Source: Mustelus asterias (lineage: Eukaryota). From it: a DNA stretch of 50,197 bases. This document shows, one piece after another, positions 10,535 to 23,128 of this stretch. The stretch spans positions 3,348,001-3,398,197 of the forward strand of contig NC_135831.1 of the NCBI RefSeq assembly GCF_964213995.1, given 5' to 3'. The translations under genes and the position numbers were made by a program. The first letter of the stretch is position 1; each line of letters begins with the position of its first letter. The notes beneath the pieces are model-generated. The model was not told the DNA's origin, searched no databases, and was given only the letters and a program-made list of their open reading frames with translations.

Positions 10535-11250
10535 GGCTTAGTGGTATTATCGCTAGACTATTAACCCAGAAACTCAGCTAATGTTCTGGGGGACCCGGGT
10601 TCGAATCCCGTCACGGCAGTTGGTGGAATTTGAATTTAATTTTTAAAAAGTCTGGAATTCAGAACCTACTGATGACCCATTGTCGGAAAAACCAATCCGG
10701 TTCCTTTAGGGAAGGAAATCTGCCGTCCTTACCCCTGTCTGGCCATCACGCAAACCAGCCTCCCATCCATTGACTCTGTCTACACTTCCCGCTGCCTCGG
10801 GGGGAAAAGCAGCCAGAATAATCAAGGACCCCACGCGCCCCCGGACATTCTCTTTTCCACCTTCTTCCGTCAGGAAAAAGATACAAATGTCTGAGGTCAC
10901 GCACCAACCGACTCAAGAACAGCTTCTTCCCTGCTGCCGTCAGACTTTTGAATGGACCTACCTCGCATTAAGTTGATCTTTCTCTACACCCTAGCTATGA
11001 CTGTAACACTACATTCTGCACCCTCTCCTTTCCTTCTCTATGAACGGTACGCTCTGTCTGTATATCGCGCAAGAAACAATACTTTTCACTGTATCCCAAT
11101 ACATGTGACAATAATAAATCAAATTAAATGTGACTCCAGAGCCAAGGCAATGTGGTTGACTCTCAACTGCCCTCCAAGGGCAACTAGGGATGGGCAATAA
11201 ATGCTGGGCCCAGCCAACGATGCCCATGCCCCGCTAATGAATATGAAAAT
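10535..11250 (+). mobile_element. tRNA-derived SINE (family unassigned) interrupted by a Rex1 fragment (also ~25142-25857, ~40460-41175)
   Basis: A-box-like GGCTTAGTGG and B box GGTTCGAATCC. The tail gggcaactagggatgggcaataaatgctgg resembles the LINE 3' end at ~4850-4965. Confidence 0.6.
10745..11124 (+). mobile_element. Rex1/Babar-type LINE 3' fragment (also ~25351-25731, ~40670-41049)
   Basis: Degenerate LPSIDSVYTSRC..IIKDP..LPS.KRY..RTNRLKNSFFPAAVRLLN, ending aataataaatcaaa. Confidence 0.75.
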
Positions 11251-11269
11251 AAGCTGTGAATGTTTTTAA

Positions 11270-14144
11270 ACACAGTAAGAAGTTTAACAACACCAGGTTA
11301 AAGTCCAACAGGTTTATTTGGTAGCAAAAGCCACACAAGCTTTCGGAGCTCCAAGCCCCTTCTTCAGGTGAGTGGGAATTCTGTTCACAAACAGAACTTA
11401 TAAAGACACAGACTCAATTTACATGAATAATGGTTGGAATGCGAATACTTACAACTAATCAAGTCTTTAAGAAACAAAACAACGTGAGTGGAGAGAGCAT
11501 CAAGACAGGCTAAAAAGATGTGTATTGTCTCCAGACAAGACAGCCAGTGAAACTCTGTGGGGGTTACAAATAGTGTGACATGAACCCAATATCCCGGTTG
11601 AGGCTGTCCTCGTGTGTGCGGAACTTGGCTATCAGTTTCTGCTCAGCGACTCTGCGCTGTCGTGTGTCGCGAAGGTCGCCTTGGAGAACGCTTACCCGAA
11701 TATCAGAGGCCGAATGCCCGTGACCGCTGAAGTGCTCCCCAACAGGAAGAGAACAGTCTTGCCTGGTGATTGTCAAGCGGTGTTCATTCATCCGTTGTCG
11801 CAGCGTCTGCTTAGTTTCCCCAATGTACCATGCCTCGGGACATCCTTTCCTGCAGCGTATCAGGTAGACAACGTTGGCCGAGTTGCAAGAGTATGTACCG
11901 TGTACCTGGTGGATGGTGTTCTCACGTGAGATGATGGCATCCGTGTCGATGATCCGGCACGTCTTGCAGAGGTTGCTGTGGCAGGGTTGTGTGGTGTCAT
12001 GGTCACTGTTCTCCTGAAGGCTGGGTAGTTTGCTGCGGACAATGGTCTGTTTGAGGTTGTGCGGTTGTTTGAAGGCAAGAAGTGGGGGTGTGGAGATGGC
12101 CTTGGCGAGATGTTCGTCTTCATCAATGACATGTTGAAGGCTCCGGAGGAGATGCCGTAGCTTCTCCGCTCCGGGGAAGTACTGGACGACGAAGGGTACT
12201 CTGTCCACTGTGTCCCGTGTTTGTCTTGTGAGGAGGTCGGTGCGGTTTTTCGCTGTGGCACGTTGGAACTGTTGATCAATGAGTCGAGCGCCATATCCTG
12301 TTCTTATGAGGGCATCTTTCAGCGTCTGGAGGTGTCTGTTGCGATCCTCCTCATCCGAGCAGATCTTGTGTATTCGGAGGGCTTGTCCGTAGGGGATGGC
12401 TTCTTTTACGTGTTTAGGGTGGAAGCTGGAGAAGTGGAGCATCGTGAGGTTATCCGTGGGCTTGCGGTACAGTGAGGTGCTGAGGTGACCGTCCTTAATG
12501 GAGATGCGTGTGTCCAAGAATGCAACCGATTCCGGAGAGTAGTCTATGGTGAGTCTGATGGTGGGATGGAACTTGTTGATGTCATCATAGAGTTGTTTCA
12601 GTGATTGTTCACCATGAGTCCAAAGGAAGAAAATGTCATCGATGTATCTAGTGTATAGCATCGGTTGAAGGTCCCGTGCGGTGAAGAAGTCTTGTTCGAA
12701 CCTGTGCATGAAGATGTTGGCATATTGAGGTGCGAATTTGGTTCCCATGGCTGTTCCGTGTGTCTGGATGAAGAACTGGTTGTTGAAGGTGAAGATATTG
12801 TGGTCCAGGATGAAGCAGATGAGATGTAAAATTGCATCTGGAAACTGGCAGTTGTTGGCGCTGAGCACTGAGGCCGTTGCAGCAATGCCATCGTCATGGG
12901 GGATGCTGGTGTAGAGTGCCGAGACATCCATTGTGACGAGGAGCGCTCCTGGTTCAACTGCTCCATGTGTGCCGAGTTTCTGTAGGAAGTCCGTCGTGTC
13001 ACGACAAAAGCTGGGGGTTCTTTGTACAATGGGTTTCAGGATGCCCTCGACATAGCCGGAGAGGTTCTCGCACAGGGTCCCATTGCCCGATACGATGGGA
13101 CGGCCAGGTGTGTTTGCCTTGTGTATCTTCGGGAGGCAGTAGAGATCTCCAACGCGGGGAGTACGTGGGATGAGAGCACGGAGGGTGCTCTGAAGGTCCG
13201 GATCAAAGGTCTTGATCAGTCTGTTGAGTTGACGGGTGTGTTCTTTGGTCGGATCTGCAGGTAACTGTCTGTAGTGTTCCTCGTTGTTGAGTTGTCAGTA
13301 CACTTCTTTGCAGTAATCTGTTCCGTTCAATATCACGATGGCCCCTCCTTTGTCTGCTGGTTTGATGACAATGTTGCGGTTGGTCTTGAGAGCGTGGATG
13401 GCGTTACGTTGTGCTTGGGTGATGTTCGGGGCTGTCTTGTGAGTGCGGCTGATGAATTTGGTGTTGACGCACCTCCTGACGGCTTGGGCATACATGTCAA
13501 GTCGAGGGCAGCGGCCTTCCGGAGGAGTCCAATTCGACTCTTTCCTCTTCGGATGCACTGCGGATCTCTCTGTCGGCTGTTCCGGTTCATTGGCTGTCTC
13601 ATTGTGTTCGCTGTTGGCCTCTTGGGGTTTGTGGAAGAACTCCCGCAGCCTCATTCGCCTGATGAATTCCTCTGTGTCTGCTGCGAGACTGATGGGTCTA
13701 TTTTGGTGGTGGGGCAAAAATTAAGCCCTCGGCTGAGAACTTCGATTTCATCTGGTTGAAGTGTGTAGTCGGACAAGTTGACAATGGACTTCCCTGCAGT
13801 GGTACTGTTTTCTACTGTGGTACCGGGGAAGGCTTGGTTGATGCTGGTGGTGATGCCGAGTTTCTCAAGTTTCCTGTTCTTGGTGTGCATGTAGATGGCG
13901 TAGTTCCGTTGTCTCGTCTGCTTGGCAGAGTTTCACAGCTGGTCTGCGTCCTGAGCGCAAGTTGAGAATATGGACTCTATCTTGGTTTCCAGGCTGCGGC
14001 GTTTGCTGTAGAGTTGGTGTATGAGGTGGTTGAGGAGGGTGAGAGAGGTGCGACGGCAAAGTCTCTCAGCGTAGTCTGTGTTATAGGTTGACCTGAGTGG
14101 GTTCGTGATCCGTAGTCCTTTCGGTATTTTGTCTGCTTTCTTGC
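11270..14144 (-). mobile_element. Penelope-like retroelement (RT + GIY-YIG endonuclease), 5'-truncated and inactivated, with 11-bp TSD
   Basis: KPADKGG, LPKIHK, GRPIVS, GTAMG, RYIDDIF, FLD and VVYLIRC..WYIGET..RMNEH. In-frame TGA at 13295-13297 and a frameshift near 13700. TSD aatgtttttaa at 11259-11269 and 14145-14155. Confidence 0.92.
11331..11376 (-). ncRNA. Minimal type I hammerhead ribozyme motif in the Penelope 3' repeat (variants at 25938-25983 and 41256-41301)
   Basis: Minus strand: CCACUCAC-CUGAAGA-A-GGGGC(UUGGA)GCUCC-GAAA-GCUU-GUGUGG. It shows the core boxes, a 5-bp stem II, a palindromic AAGCUU stem III and a CAC/GUG stem I. Penelope-like elements are known to carry such minimal HHRs. 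Confidence 0.7.
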
Positions 14145-14320
14145 AATGTTTTTAAGACAGGGCTCGATCGATTCTTGATTAACAAGGAGGGGTGAAAGGT
14201 TATCAGGAATAGCAGGGGTGGAGGCGATGCAGATTTAAGGCTCCAATCAGATCAGCCATGATCTTATTGACTGGCAGAACAGGCTTGAGGGGCCGAATGG
14301 CCTACTCCTGCTCCTATGTT
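14145..14320 (+). mobile_element. 3' end of an old CR1 fragment that was split by the SINE and Penelope insertions (5' part ~10352-10510; also 1-40, 28806-28981, 44070-44245)
   Basis: gatcgattcttgattaacaagg..atcagccatgatcttattga..gaggggccgaatggcctactcctgctcctatg CR1-type tail. Confidence 0.65.
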
Positions 14321-14349
14321 TGATTTTCCAATACAAGCGCACAAAGGCG

Positions 14350-15698
14350 TCAGTAGGAGCCTTTGTCCGATGGTGGGGGGCTCCCCATCCCACTGATGCT
14401 GGGGGTTAAGTCATCATCCAGGAGCTGCCCACTGTCGTCCCTCTCCCTGCCCCCCGGCTCGCCGTCAGGGCTGGGGGCGGGGTAGATCTGCCGAGGGTCG
14501 GGCAGCAGCAGGCTGTACCGCACCAGCTTGATGCCAAAGGGCCTCCGGGCCAGCTCCCTCATGGGCACCAGGCACCTGCGGTGAAAGCGGGCAACAGACA
14601 ACAGGAGGAGGCAGTTCGCTAACAGCACAAGGGCGAGGGCGAGGCAGTGGAGGAGGAAGAGCAGGTAGCAGCTCGAACCCCAGGGGCCCAGCGCCTCGAG
14701 GAGGCCAAACATCCGCCCCCAGCGGTTAACTGAATCCTCGGGGCTGGCGGAGGTCGGGTGGGATCGACTGGTGGCCTGAGGGCTGCTGCGAACCGTCAGG
14801 GCCCCGTATCCAGGCGTGCTGGATTTGCACAGTTCCAATGGGGAAAGCTGAAAGAGGGGTCGCCCTTCCATGCTAATGGGGGTATTGCAAATAATGCCTT
14901 TGTCATCGAAGGTTCCATTGCCACAAGACATTGCTCTCTCCATCAACTCCATCCATTCCATCAAATACTCAACGTCACAATTACAATGCAATGGGTTCCC
15001 AGACAGAAGGAGACAAAATGCAGGATTTATCCCAAAAATCTCCCGAGGAATTGTCCTGATCTGGTTGTTGGAGATGTCTAAGGTTGTCAGATTTCTCAGG
15101 CTGTGGAGTGAGTTATTGGGGAATCTCTCAATGCGGTTCCCAGGTAGGATTAAGTGTCTGAGATTCCCCAAGGAATCAAAGATGCCATCGGGAATGACCC
15201 GGATCGCGTTCCCCTTGACGCTGAGCTCCTCCAGGGACACCAAGACGTCGAACGCTCTCTCGGGGAGATCGGGAATCTGATTGTAGTCGAGGACCAGCTT
15301 CCTGAGGTTCCGGAGGTTCCTGAAGTCAGGAATTCTGGTCAAGGAGTTGGACGAGACATCCAACTTTTCCAAGGGGAGTGGAGAGTCCGAGTCAAAGTGT
15401 TGAATCTGGTTGTGGGAGAGATCGAGGTCTTTGAGGTACGGGAGGCTTTGGAATGAGGTTAAGGAGACAGAGGAGAGGTTGTTGTAGTTCAGTAAGAGGA
15501 TCTCTGTTTCCGGTGGGAGAGAATGAGAGACGGACACAAGGGACCGGTGACTACAGTTGGTTCCTCTCTTACCTTCCAGATCGGTGTATGAGGCACAAAT
15601 CTCCGGGGGAGGAGATGTCTTGAACAAATTAAGGGTGGAAATGGATATGTGGGATCTTTCTGTGCCTGTGGGCGTCTGAGGGGCCGTTCCAATGGTTG
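14350..15698 (-). pseudogene. Out-of-frame 3' part of copy 2 (terminal LRR domain, TM, tail)
   Basis: ORF track 14350..15753 is a near-identical copy of 69..1472. Confidence 0.75.
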
Positions 15699-17438
15699 TC
15701 ACACGTGACAGATTCGTTCGAGCGGGAATTTGACAATCGGGATCCCATTCCATCCCGGCGGACTATAACAGACAACACTCTTGGAATCGGACTGTCCTAT
15801 ACTATCGTAAATACATCCTTCAACATTCCTAATCCATTCTGTAAAGTTCTCCACAGTGTCGCAATCACAATGCCACGGATTGTTGTAAAGATAGATGTAA
15901 GGGGCAAAGATGTTCTCAAAGCCTCGAGGAAATGAACTTAGATTGTTGTTTGAGATGTCAAAGGTGTCCAGGTTTTGGGCGCCTTGCAGAGAGTTCCCAG
16001 GGAATCTCTCGATTCGGTTCCCAGACAGGATTAAGCGTGAGAGTTCTTCCAACTGGTCAAAGATGCCATCGGGAATGACGCGGATCGCGTTCCCCTTGAC
16101 GCTGAGCTCCTCCAGGGACACCAAGACGTCGAACGCTCTCTCGGGGAGATCGGGAATCTGATTGTGGTCGAGGACCAGCTTCCTGAGGTTGCGGAGGTTC
16201 TTGAAGTCAGGAATTCTGGTCAAGGAGTTGGACGAGAGATCCAACTTTTCCAATGGGAGAAGAGAGACCAGGTCAAAGTGTTGAATCTGGTTGTGGGAGA
16301 GATCGAGGTCTTTGAGGTACGGGAGGCTTTGGAACGAGGTTAAGGGGACAGAGGAGAGGTTGTTGTAGTTCAGTAAGAGGATCTCTGTATCCGGTGGGAG
16401 AGGATGAGGGATGGACACAAGGGACCGGTGACTACAGTTGGTTCCTCTCTTCCCTTCCAAATCGGTGTATGAGGCACAAATCTCCGGAAGAGGAGATGTC
16501 TTGAACAAATTAAGGGTGGAAATGGATATGTGGGATCTTTCTGTGCCGGTGGGCATTTGAGGGGTCGTTCTGATGGTTGTCACAACGTGACAGATTTGTT
16601 CGAGCGGGAATTTGACAATCGGGATCCCTTTCCATGCCGCCGGACTAGAACAAACAACGCTCTTGGAGTCGGACTGTCCTATACTATCGTAAATACTTCC
16701 ATCAACATTCCTCATCCATTCTGTAAAGTTCTCCACAGTGTCGCAATCACAATGCCACGGATTGTTGTAAAGATAGATGTAAGGGGCAAAGATGTTCTCA
16801 AAGCCTCGAGGAAATGAACTTAGATTGTTGTTTGAGATGTCAAAGGTGTCCAGGTTTTGGGCGCCTTGCAGAGAGTTCCCAGGGAATCTCTCGATTCGGT
16901 TCCCAGACAGGATTAAGCGTGAGAGTTCTTCCAACTGGTCAAAGATGCCATCGGGAATGACGCGGATCGCGTTCCCCTTGACGCTGAGCTCCTCCAGGGA
17001 CACCAAGACGTCGAACGCTCTCTCGGGGAGATCGGGAATCTGATTGTGGTCGAGGACCAGCTTCTTGAGGTTCCGGAGGTTCTTGAAGTCAGGAATTCCG
17101 GTCAAGGAGTTGGACGAGAGATCCAACTTTTCCAATGGGAGAAGAGAGACCAGGTCAAAGTGTTGAATCTGGTTGTGGGAGAGATCGAGGTCTTTGAGGT
17201 ACGGGAGGCTTTGGAACGAGGTTAAGGGGACAGAGGAGAGGTTGTTGTAGTTCAGTAAGAGGATCTCTGTATCCGGTGGGAGAGGATGAGGGATGGACAC
17301 AAGGGACCGGTGACTGCAGTTGGTTCCTCTTTTACCTTCCAGATCGATATATGAGGTGCACGGGGGCGCAGATAAGGAATCCTTGAAGAGGTATTGGAGA
17401 CAGAGGATTTGCAGATACAACATCCTCAATAGCCACAT
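15699..17438 (-). CDS. Copy 2 of GPIb-alpha-like LRR gene: signal peptide + 2 LRR domains, same 1-bp deletion stop (579 aa)
   Basis: Translation from the ATG is the same as copy 1. Same gtcacacgtgac lesion at ~15700. Confidence 0.7.
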   Translation of the reverse strand: MWLLRMLYLQILCLQYLFKDSLSAPPCTSYIDLEGKRGTNCSHRSLVSIPHPLPPDTEILLLNYNNLSSVPLTSFQSLPYLKDLDLSHNQIQHFDLVSLLPLEKLDLSSNSLTGIPDFKNLRNLKKLVLDHNQIPDLPERAFDVLVSLEELSVKGNAIRVIPDGIFDQLEELSRLILSGNRIERFPGNSLQGAQNLDTFDISNNNLSSFPRGFENIFAPYIYLYNNPWHCDCDTVENFTEWMRNVDGSIYDSIGQSDSKSVVCSSPAAWKGIPIVKFPLEQICHVVTTIRTTPQMPTGTERSHISISTLNLFKTSPLPEICASYTDLEGKRGTNCSHRSLVSIPHPLPPDTEILLLNYNNLSSVPLTSFQSLPYLKDLDLSHNQIQHFDLVSLLPLEKLDLSSNSLTRIPDFKNLRNLRKLVLDHNQIPDLPERAFDVLVSLEELSVKGNAIRVIPDGIFDQLEELSRLILSGNRIERFPGNSLQGAQNLDTFDISNNNLSSFPRGFENIFAPYIYLYNNPWHCDCDTVENFTEWIRNVEGCIYDSIGQSDSKSVVCYSPPGWNGIPIVKFPLERICHV

Positions 17439-20400
17439 TCCTAAGAGTGAAAACCAGAAGCACAACAATTGTAAGTCTCGACCATCACTTCCATACTCCT
17501 GACCCATCTCCACTGAGTGATCAACCCCTGGTCATTGACATCCCAATGGAAACATAGAAACTAGAAACAAGAGTAGGCCATTACGGTCCTTCGAGCCTGC
17601 TCCACCATTCATTATTATCATGGCTGATCATCAAATTCAATATCCTGATTCCACCCCCCCCCAGCCTTCCCCCTCATATCCCTTGATCCCTTTAACCCCA
17701 AGAGCTAGGATTCCGGTCTCCGAAGGTGTACACATTAGGTGAATTGGCCATGGTAAATTGTCCCTTAGTGTCCAAAGGTTTGCAGGTTAGGTGGATTGGC
17801 CGTGCTAAATTGCCCCTTAGTGTCCAAAGATGTGAAGTTTAGGTGGATTTGCCATGCTAAATTATCGCTTAGTGTCCAAAGATGTGCAGGTTAGGTGGAT
17901 TGGCCATGCTAAATTACCCCTTAGTGTCAAAAGATGTGCAGGTTAGGTGGATTGGCCATGCTAAATTGTCCCTTAGTGTCCAAAGATGTGCGGGTTAGGT
18001 GGATTGGCCATGTTAAACTGCCCCTGAGTGTCTAAAGATGTGCATGTTAGGTGGATCGGCTATGCAAAATTGCCCCTTAGTGTCCAAAGTTGGGTAGGTT
18101 AGGTGGATTTGCCATGCTAAATTGCCCCTCAGTGTCCAAAGATGTGAAGTTTAGGTGGATTGGCCATGCTAATTTGCCCCTTGTTGTCAGGGGGATTAGC
18201 AGGGTAAATACGTGGGGCTACGGGAAATGGCCTGGGTGGCATTGTTGAGGATGCAGGCTCAATGGACCTTCTGTCGGGTAGGAATTCTCCGATTCTGTCT
18301 CAAAGAGCTTCACACGGATGTTGGACGCAAATCGACAAGCGAGAAAGGGGAAAGAACTGATAGGAGGAATCAGTAAAAGCAGGGTGTAGGATGTAGGATT
18401 TAAGGAGTGTCTCAAAGAGAGAGATCGTGGGACAGACAGGTTTTGTGAAGAAATCTCAGAGCTTAAGACACAGCAGCAAATGCAAGCCTGCCTTTGTTAT
18501 AACACCTAACCTGCACATCTTTGGACACTGAGGGACAACTTAGCACGGCCAATCCACCTAACCTGCACATCTTTGGACACTGAGGGGCAACTTAGCACGG
18601 CCAATCTACCTGACCTGCACATCTTTGGACACTAAGGGGCAATTTAGCACGGCCAATCCACCTAACCTGCACATCTTTGGACACTAAGGGGCAATTTAGC
18701 ATGGCCAATCCACCTAACCTGCACATCTTTGGACACTAAGGGGCAATTTAGCATGGCCAATCCACCTAACCTGCACATCTTTGGACACTAAGGGGCAATT
18801 TAGCACGGCCAATCCACCTAACCTGCACATCTTTGGACACTAAGGATCTATGCCTCTCATAATTTTCATAGAATCATAAAATTCCTACGGTACAGAAGGA
18901 GGCCATTTGGCCCATCGAGTCTGCACTGACTACAATCCCACCCAGGCCCTATCCCCTTAACTCCATGCATTTACCCTGCTAGTCCTCCTGACACGAAGGG
19001 GCAATTGAACATGGCCAATCCACCCAACCCGCACATCTTTCAGACTGTGGGAGGAAACCGGAGCACCCGGAGGAAACCCACGCCAACATGGGGAGAACGT
19101 GCCGACTCCACATGGACAGTGACCCCTTCCCTGACAGCACTCAGGGTGCACCTACACCTACATCTGCAGGCGGGTTCAAGATGGCGGCTCACCCACCACC
19201 TTCTCAAGGGGGGGTCAATTCGGGATGAGTAATAAATACCAACAGTGCCCACTCGAGGGAGTGGCAGTGGGAGTGTGCACGGCCAAAGACTTAGTTGGAG
19301 ACAAAACTGGGACTGGTCTGTGATGCTTCTCGCAGTGGAATAGCCCCATGTCTTTGCTGAAAGGCCCCAACAGGGGAACGGGATTATACAATTCCACCTT
19401 GGGGGGGGGTGGGGTTGGGGGGGGGCAAAGTAGGGGGTTGGAGGAGGGGGTGCGGTGGTTAAGCGTCACGCCTTTGGAAAGCAGATCTTAGGACTCACCG
19501 TCCACTGCCAATACCGTGGGGACAAGGCACAGCAAGATCCCAAAATCTATGGCCAGCGGATTCTGTGCGGAAGATCTCGCGGGGATATTAGATTTTTCTG
19601 CTGGTTCAGTTGGACATGCCTGCTCTCTCCACCGACCCGTGTCGCTGTGTTAGTCAGAGAGACCTTTGCCCCAATGACCACTGGTTCCAATTTGAGGCCC
19701 TGCCCACTGGACCCTGCCCCTTCCCAGCATTCAGTGCACAGCCCTCCCTCCCCCACACCACCCAAGGGCCCTGGGCCAAACTCTGTTTTTTTAAAAAAAG
19801 TTTACTTATTCGTCACAAATATGTCTTACATTAACGCTGCAATGAAGTTACTGTGAGAATCCCCCAGTCGCCCCACACTCCAGCGCCTGTTGGGGTAACA
19901 CTGAAGGAGAATTTAGCATGGCCAATTCACCCGAACCAACACGTCTTTCGGACTGTGGGAGGAAACCGGAGCACCCGGAGGAAACCCACGCAGACACGGG
20001 GAGAACGTGCAGACTCCACACAGACAGCGACCCCAAGCCGGGAATCGAACCCGGGTCCCTGGGGCTGTGAGGCAGCAGTGCTAACCACGGCGCCACCATG
20101 CCCTGGAATGATGGGCTCAAAGGTGAGGGAGTTTAAAACTAGAGGGCATAGGTTTAAGGTGAGAGGGGGAGAGATACAAAAGTGTCCAGAGAGGTAATGT
20201 TTTCACACAGAGGGTAAGATGGGTACAGAGGGATATGGGCCAAACGTGGGCAATTGGGACGAGCTTAATCGTTTAAAAAAAAGGGCGGCATGGACAAGCT
20301 GGGTGGGAGGGCCTGATTCCATGCTGTAAACCTCTGTGACTCCATGTGATTCATAGAATCCCGACAGTGCAGAAGGAGGCCATTCAGTTCATCAAGTCTG

Positions 20401-21859
20401 CACCGAGCACATTCCCACACGGGCCCCATTCCCAAAACCCCCTGCATATACCCAAGCTAGTCCCCTTGACATTCAGGGGCAATTTAGCGTGGCCAATCCA
20501 CCTAACCTGCACATCTTTGGACACTAAGGGGCAATTTAGCATGGCCAATCCACCTAACACGCACATCTTTGGACACTAAGGGGCAATTTAGCATGGCCAA
20601 TCCACCTAACCTGCACATCTTTGGACACTAAGGGATAATTTAGCATGGCCAATCCACCTAACCTGCACATCTTTGGACACTAAGGGACAATTGAGCATGG
20701 CCAATCCACCTAACCTGCACATCTTTGGACACTAAGGGACAATTTAGCATGGCCAATCCACCTAACCCACACATCTTTGGACACTAAGGGGCAATTTAAC
20801 ATGGCCAATCCACCTAACCTACACATCTTTGGACACTGAGGGGCAATTCAGCATGGCCAATCCACCTAACCTACACATCTTTGGACACTAAGGGGCAATT
20901 TAACATGGCCAATCCACCTAACCTGCACATCTTTGGACACTAAGGGGCAATTTAGCATGGCCAATCCACCTAACCTACACATCTTTGGACACTAAGGGGC
21001 AATTTAGCATGGCCAATCCACCTAACCTACACATCTTTGGATACTAAGGGGCAATTTAACATGGCCAATCCACCTAACCTACACATCTTTGGATACTAAG
21101 GGGCAATTTAACATGGCCTAAGCACCGAACCCGCACCTCATCTTAGACAGTGTGAGGAAACCGGAGCACCCGGAGGAAACCCACGCAGACACGGGGAGAG
21201 TGTGCAGACTCCGCACAGACAGTGACCCAAGCCGAGAATCGAACCTGGTTCTGTGAGGCAGCAGTGCTAACCCACTGTGCCACCCCTGCTTCTGGTTTCT
21301 ATGTAGCTTGTTTTTTCAGAACTCCTGCGAATGGCCGTGGGGGGACGTCTCGTCATGTGAAAGGCGTTAGCGAAGGCACAGGTTGTTGTTGTACACGGCG
21401 TGGCCGGATTCAGCCATGGCAACGGTAACTGTGAGAGACAAGCATGCTGGGAATTATAGCCAAGCTGGGTCGGACACAGATGCAGGTCAGAGAAGGGCGG
21501 CACGGTGGCACAGTGGTTAGCACTGCTGCTTCACAGCTCCAGGGTCCCGGGTTCGATTCTCGGCTTGGGTCACTGTCTGTGTGGAGTTTGCACATTCTCC
21601 TCGTGTCTGCGTGGGTTTCCTCCGGGTGCTCCGGTTTCATCCCACAGTCCAAAGATGTGCGGGTTAGGTTGATTGGCCATGCTAAAAATAAATTGCCCCT
21701 TAGAGTCCTGAGATGCGTAGGTTAGAGGGATTAGCGGGTAAATATGTGGGGGTAGGGCCTGGGTGGGATTGTGGTCGGTGCAGACTCGATGGGCCGAATG
21801 GCCTCCTTCTGCACTGTAGGGTTTCTATGATTTCTAAGGCTACACCATTAAAGGAAAGA

Positions 21860-23128
21860 CATAGAAAAATAGAAACATAGAAAAACCACAGCACAAAACA
21901 GGCCCTTCGGCCCCACAAGTTGTGCCGAACATATCCCTACCTTTTAGGCCTACCTATAACCCTCCATCCTATTAAGTCCCATGTACTCATCCAGGAGTCT
22001 CTTAAAAGACCCTATTGAGTTTGCCTCCACCACCACTGACGGCAGCCGATTCCACTCGCCCACCACCCTCTGTGTGAAAAACTTCCCCCTAACATCTCCC
22101 CTGTACCTACCCCCCAGCACCTTAAACCTGTGTCCTCTCGTAGCAGCCATTTCCACCCTGGGAAAAAGCCTCTGAGAGTCCACCCGATCTATGCCTCTCA
22201 ACATCTTATATACCTCTATTAGGCCTCCTCTCATCCTACGTCTCTCCAAGGAGAAAAGACCGAGCTCCCTCAGCCTATCCTCATAAGGCATGCCACTCAA
22301 TCCAGGCAACATCCTTGTAAATCTCCTCTGCACCCTTTCAATCTTTTCCACATCCTTCCTGTAATGAGGCGACCAGAACTGAGCACAGTACTCCAAGTGG
22401 GGTCTGACGAGGGTCTTATATAGCTGCATCATTATCCCTGGACTCCTAAACTCAATCCCTCGATTGATAAAGGCCAGCACACCATACGCCTTCTTAACCA
22501 CCTCCTCCACCTGCGGGGCCGATTTTAGAGTCCTATGGACCCGGACCCCAAGGTCCTTCCGATCCTCTACAGTACTAAGAGTCTTTCCCTTTATATTGTA
22601 CTCCTTCATCCCATTTGACCTGCCAAAATGGACCACTACGCATTTATCTGGGTTGAAGTCCATCTGCCACTTCACCGCCCAGTCTTGTATCCCATCTATG
22701 TCCCTCTGTAACCTCTGACATCCCTCCAGACTATCCACAACCCCACCAACCTTCGTGTCGTCGGCAAACGTACCAACCCATCCCTCCACTTCCTCATCCA
22801 GGTCATTTATGAAAATGACAAACAGCAAGGGCCCCAGAACAGATCCCTGGGGCACCCCACTGGTGACCGAACTCCATTTAGAAAATGATCCATCTATACC
22901 CACTCTCTGCCTCCTTTGGGCAAGCCAGTTCTGGATCCACAGGGCAGCAGCCCCTTGGATGCCATGCCCTCTCACTTTTTCTAGAAGCCTTGCATGGGGA
23001 ACCTTATCGAACGCCTTGCTAAAATCCATATAAACCACATCTACCGCCTTCCCTTCGTCAATGTGTTTAGTCACCTTTTCGAAGAACTCCACCAGGCTCG
23101 GAAGGCACGATCTGCCTTTGACAAAGCC
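21860..23128 (-). mobile_element. 5'-truncated CR1 LINE (unit 2 copy)
   Basis: ORF 21950..23092, same motifs. Confidence 0.92.

Larger units (their letters stand above)
1..14281. repeat. Tandem segmental duplication unit 1 (14,281 bp; continues left of window)
   Basis: All ORFs and repeats recur in order at +14,281, then +14,661 and +15,264. Confidence 0.95.

Noticed and set aside
11564-12931. Domesticated or active Penelope RT/endonuclease gene
   Set aside because: It is 5'-truncated with an in-frame stop and a frameshift upstream. The remaining ORF starts inside the RT domain and is disrupted there in unit 2.
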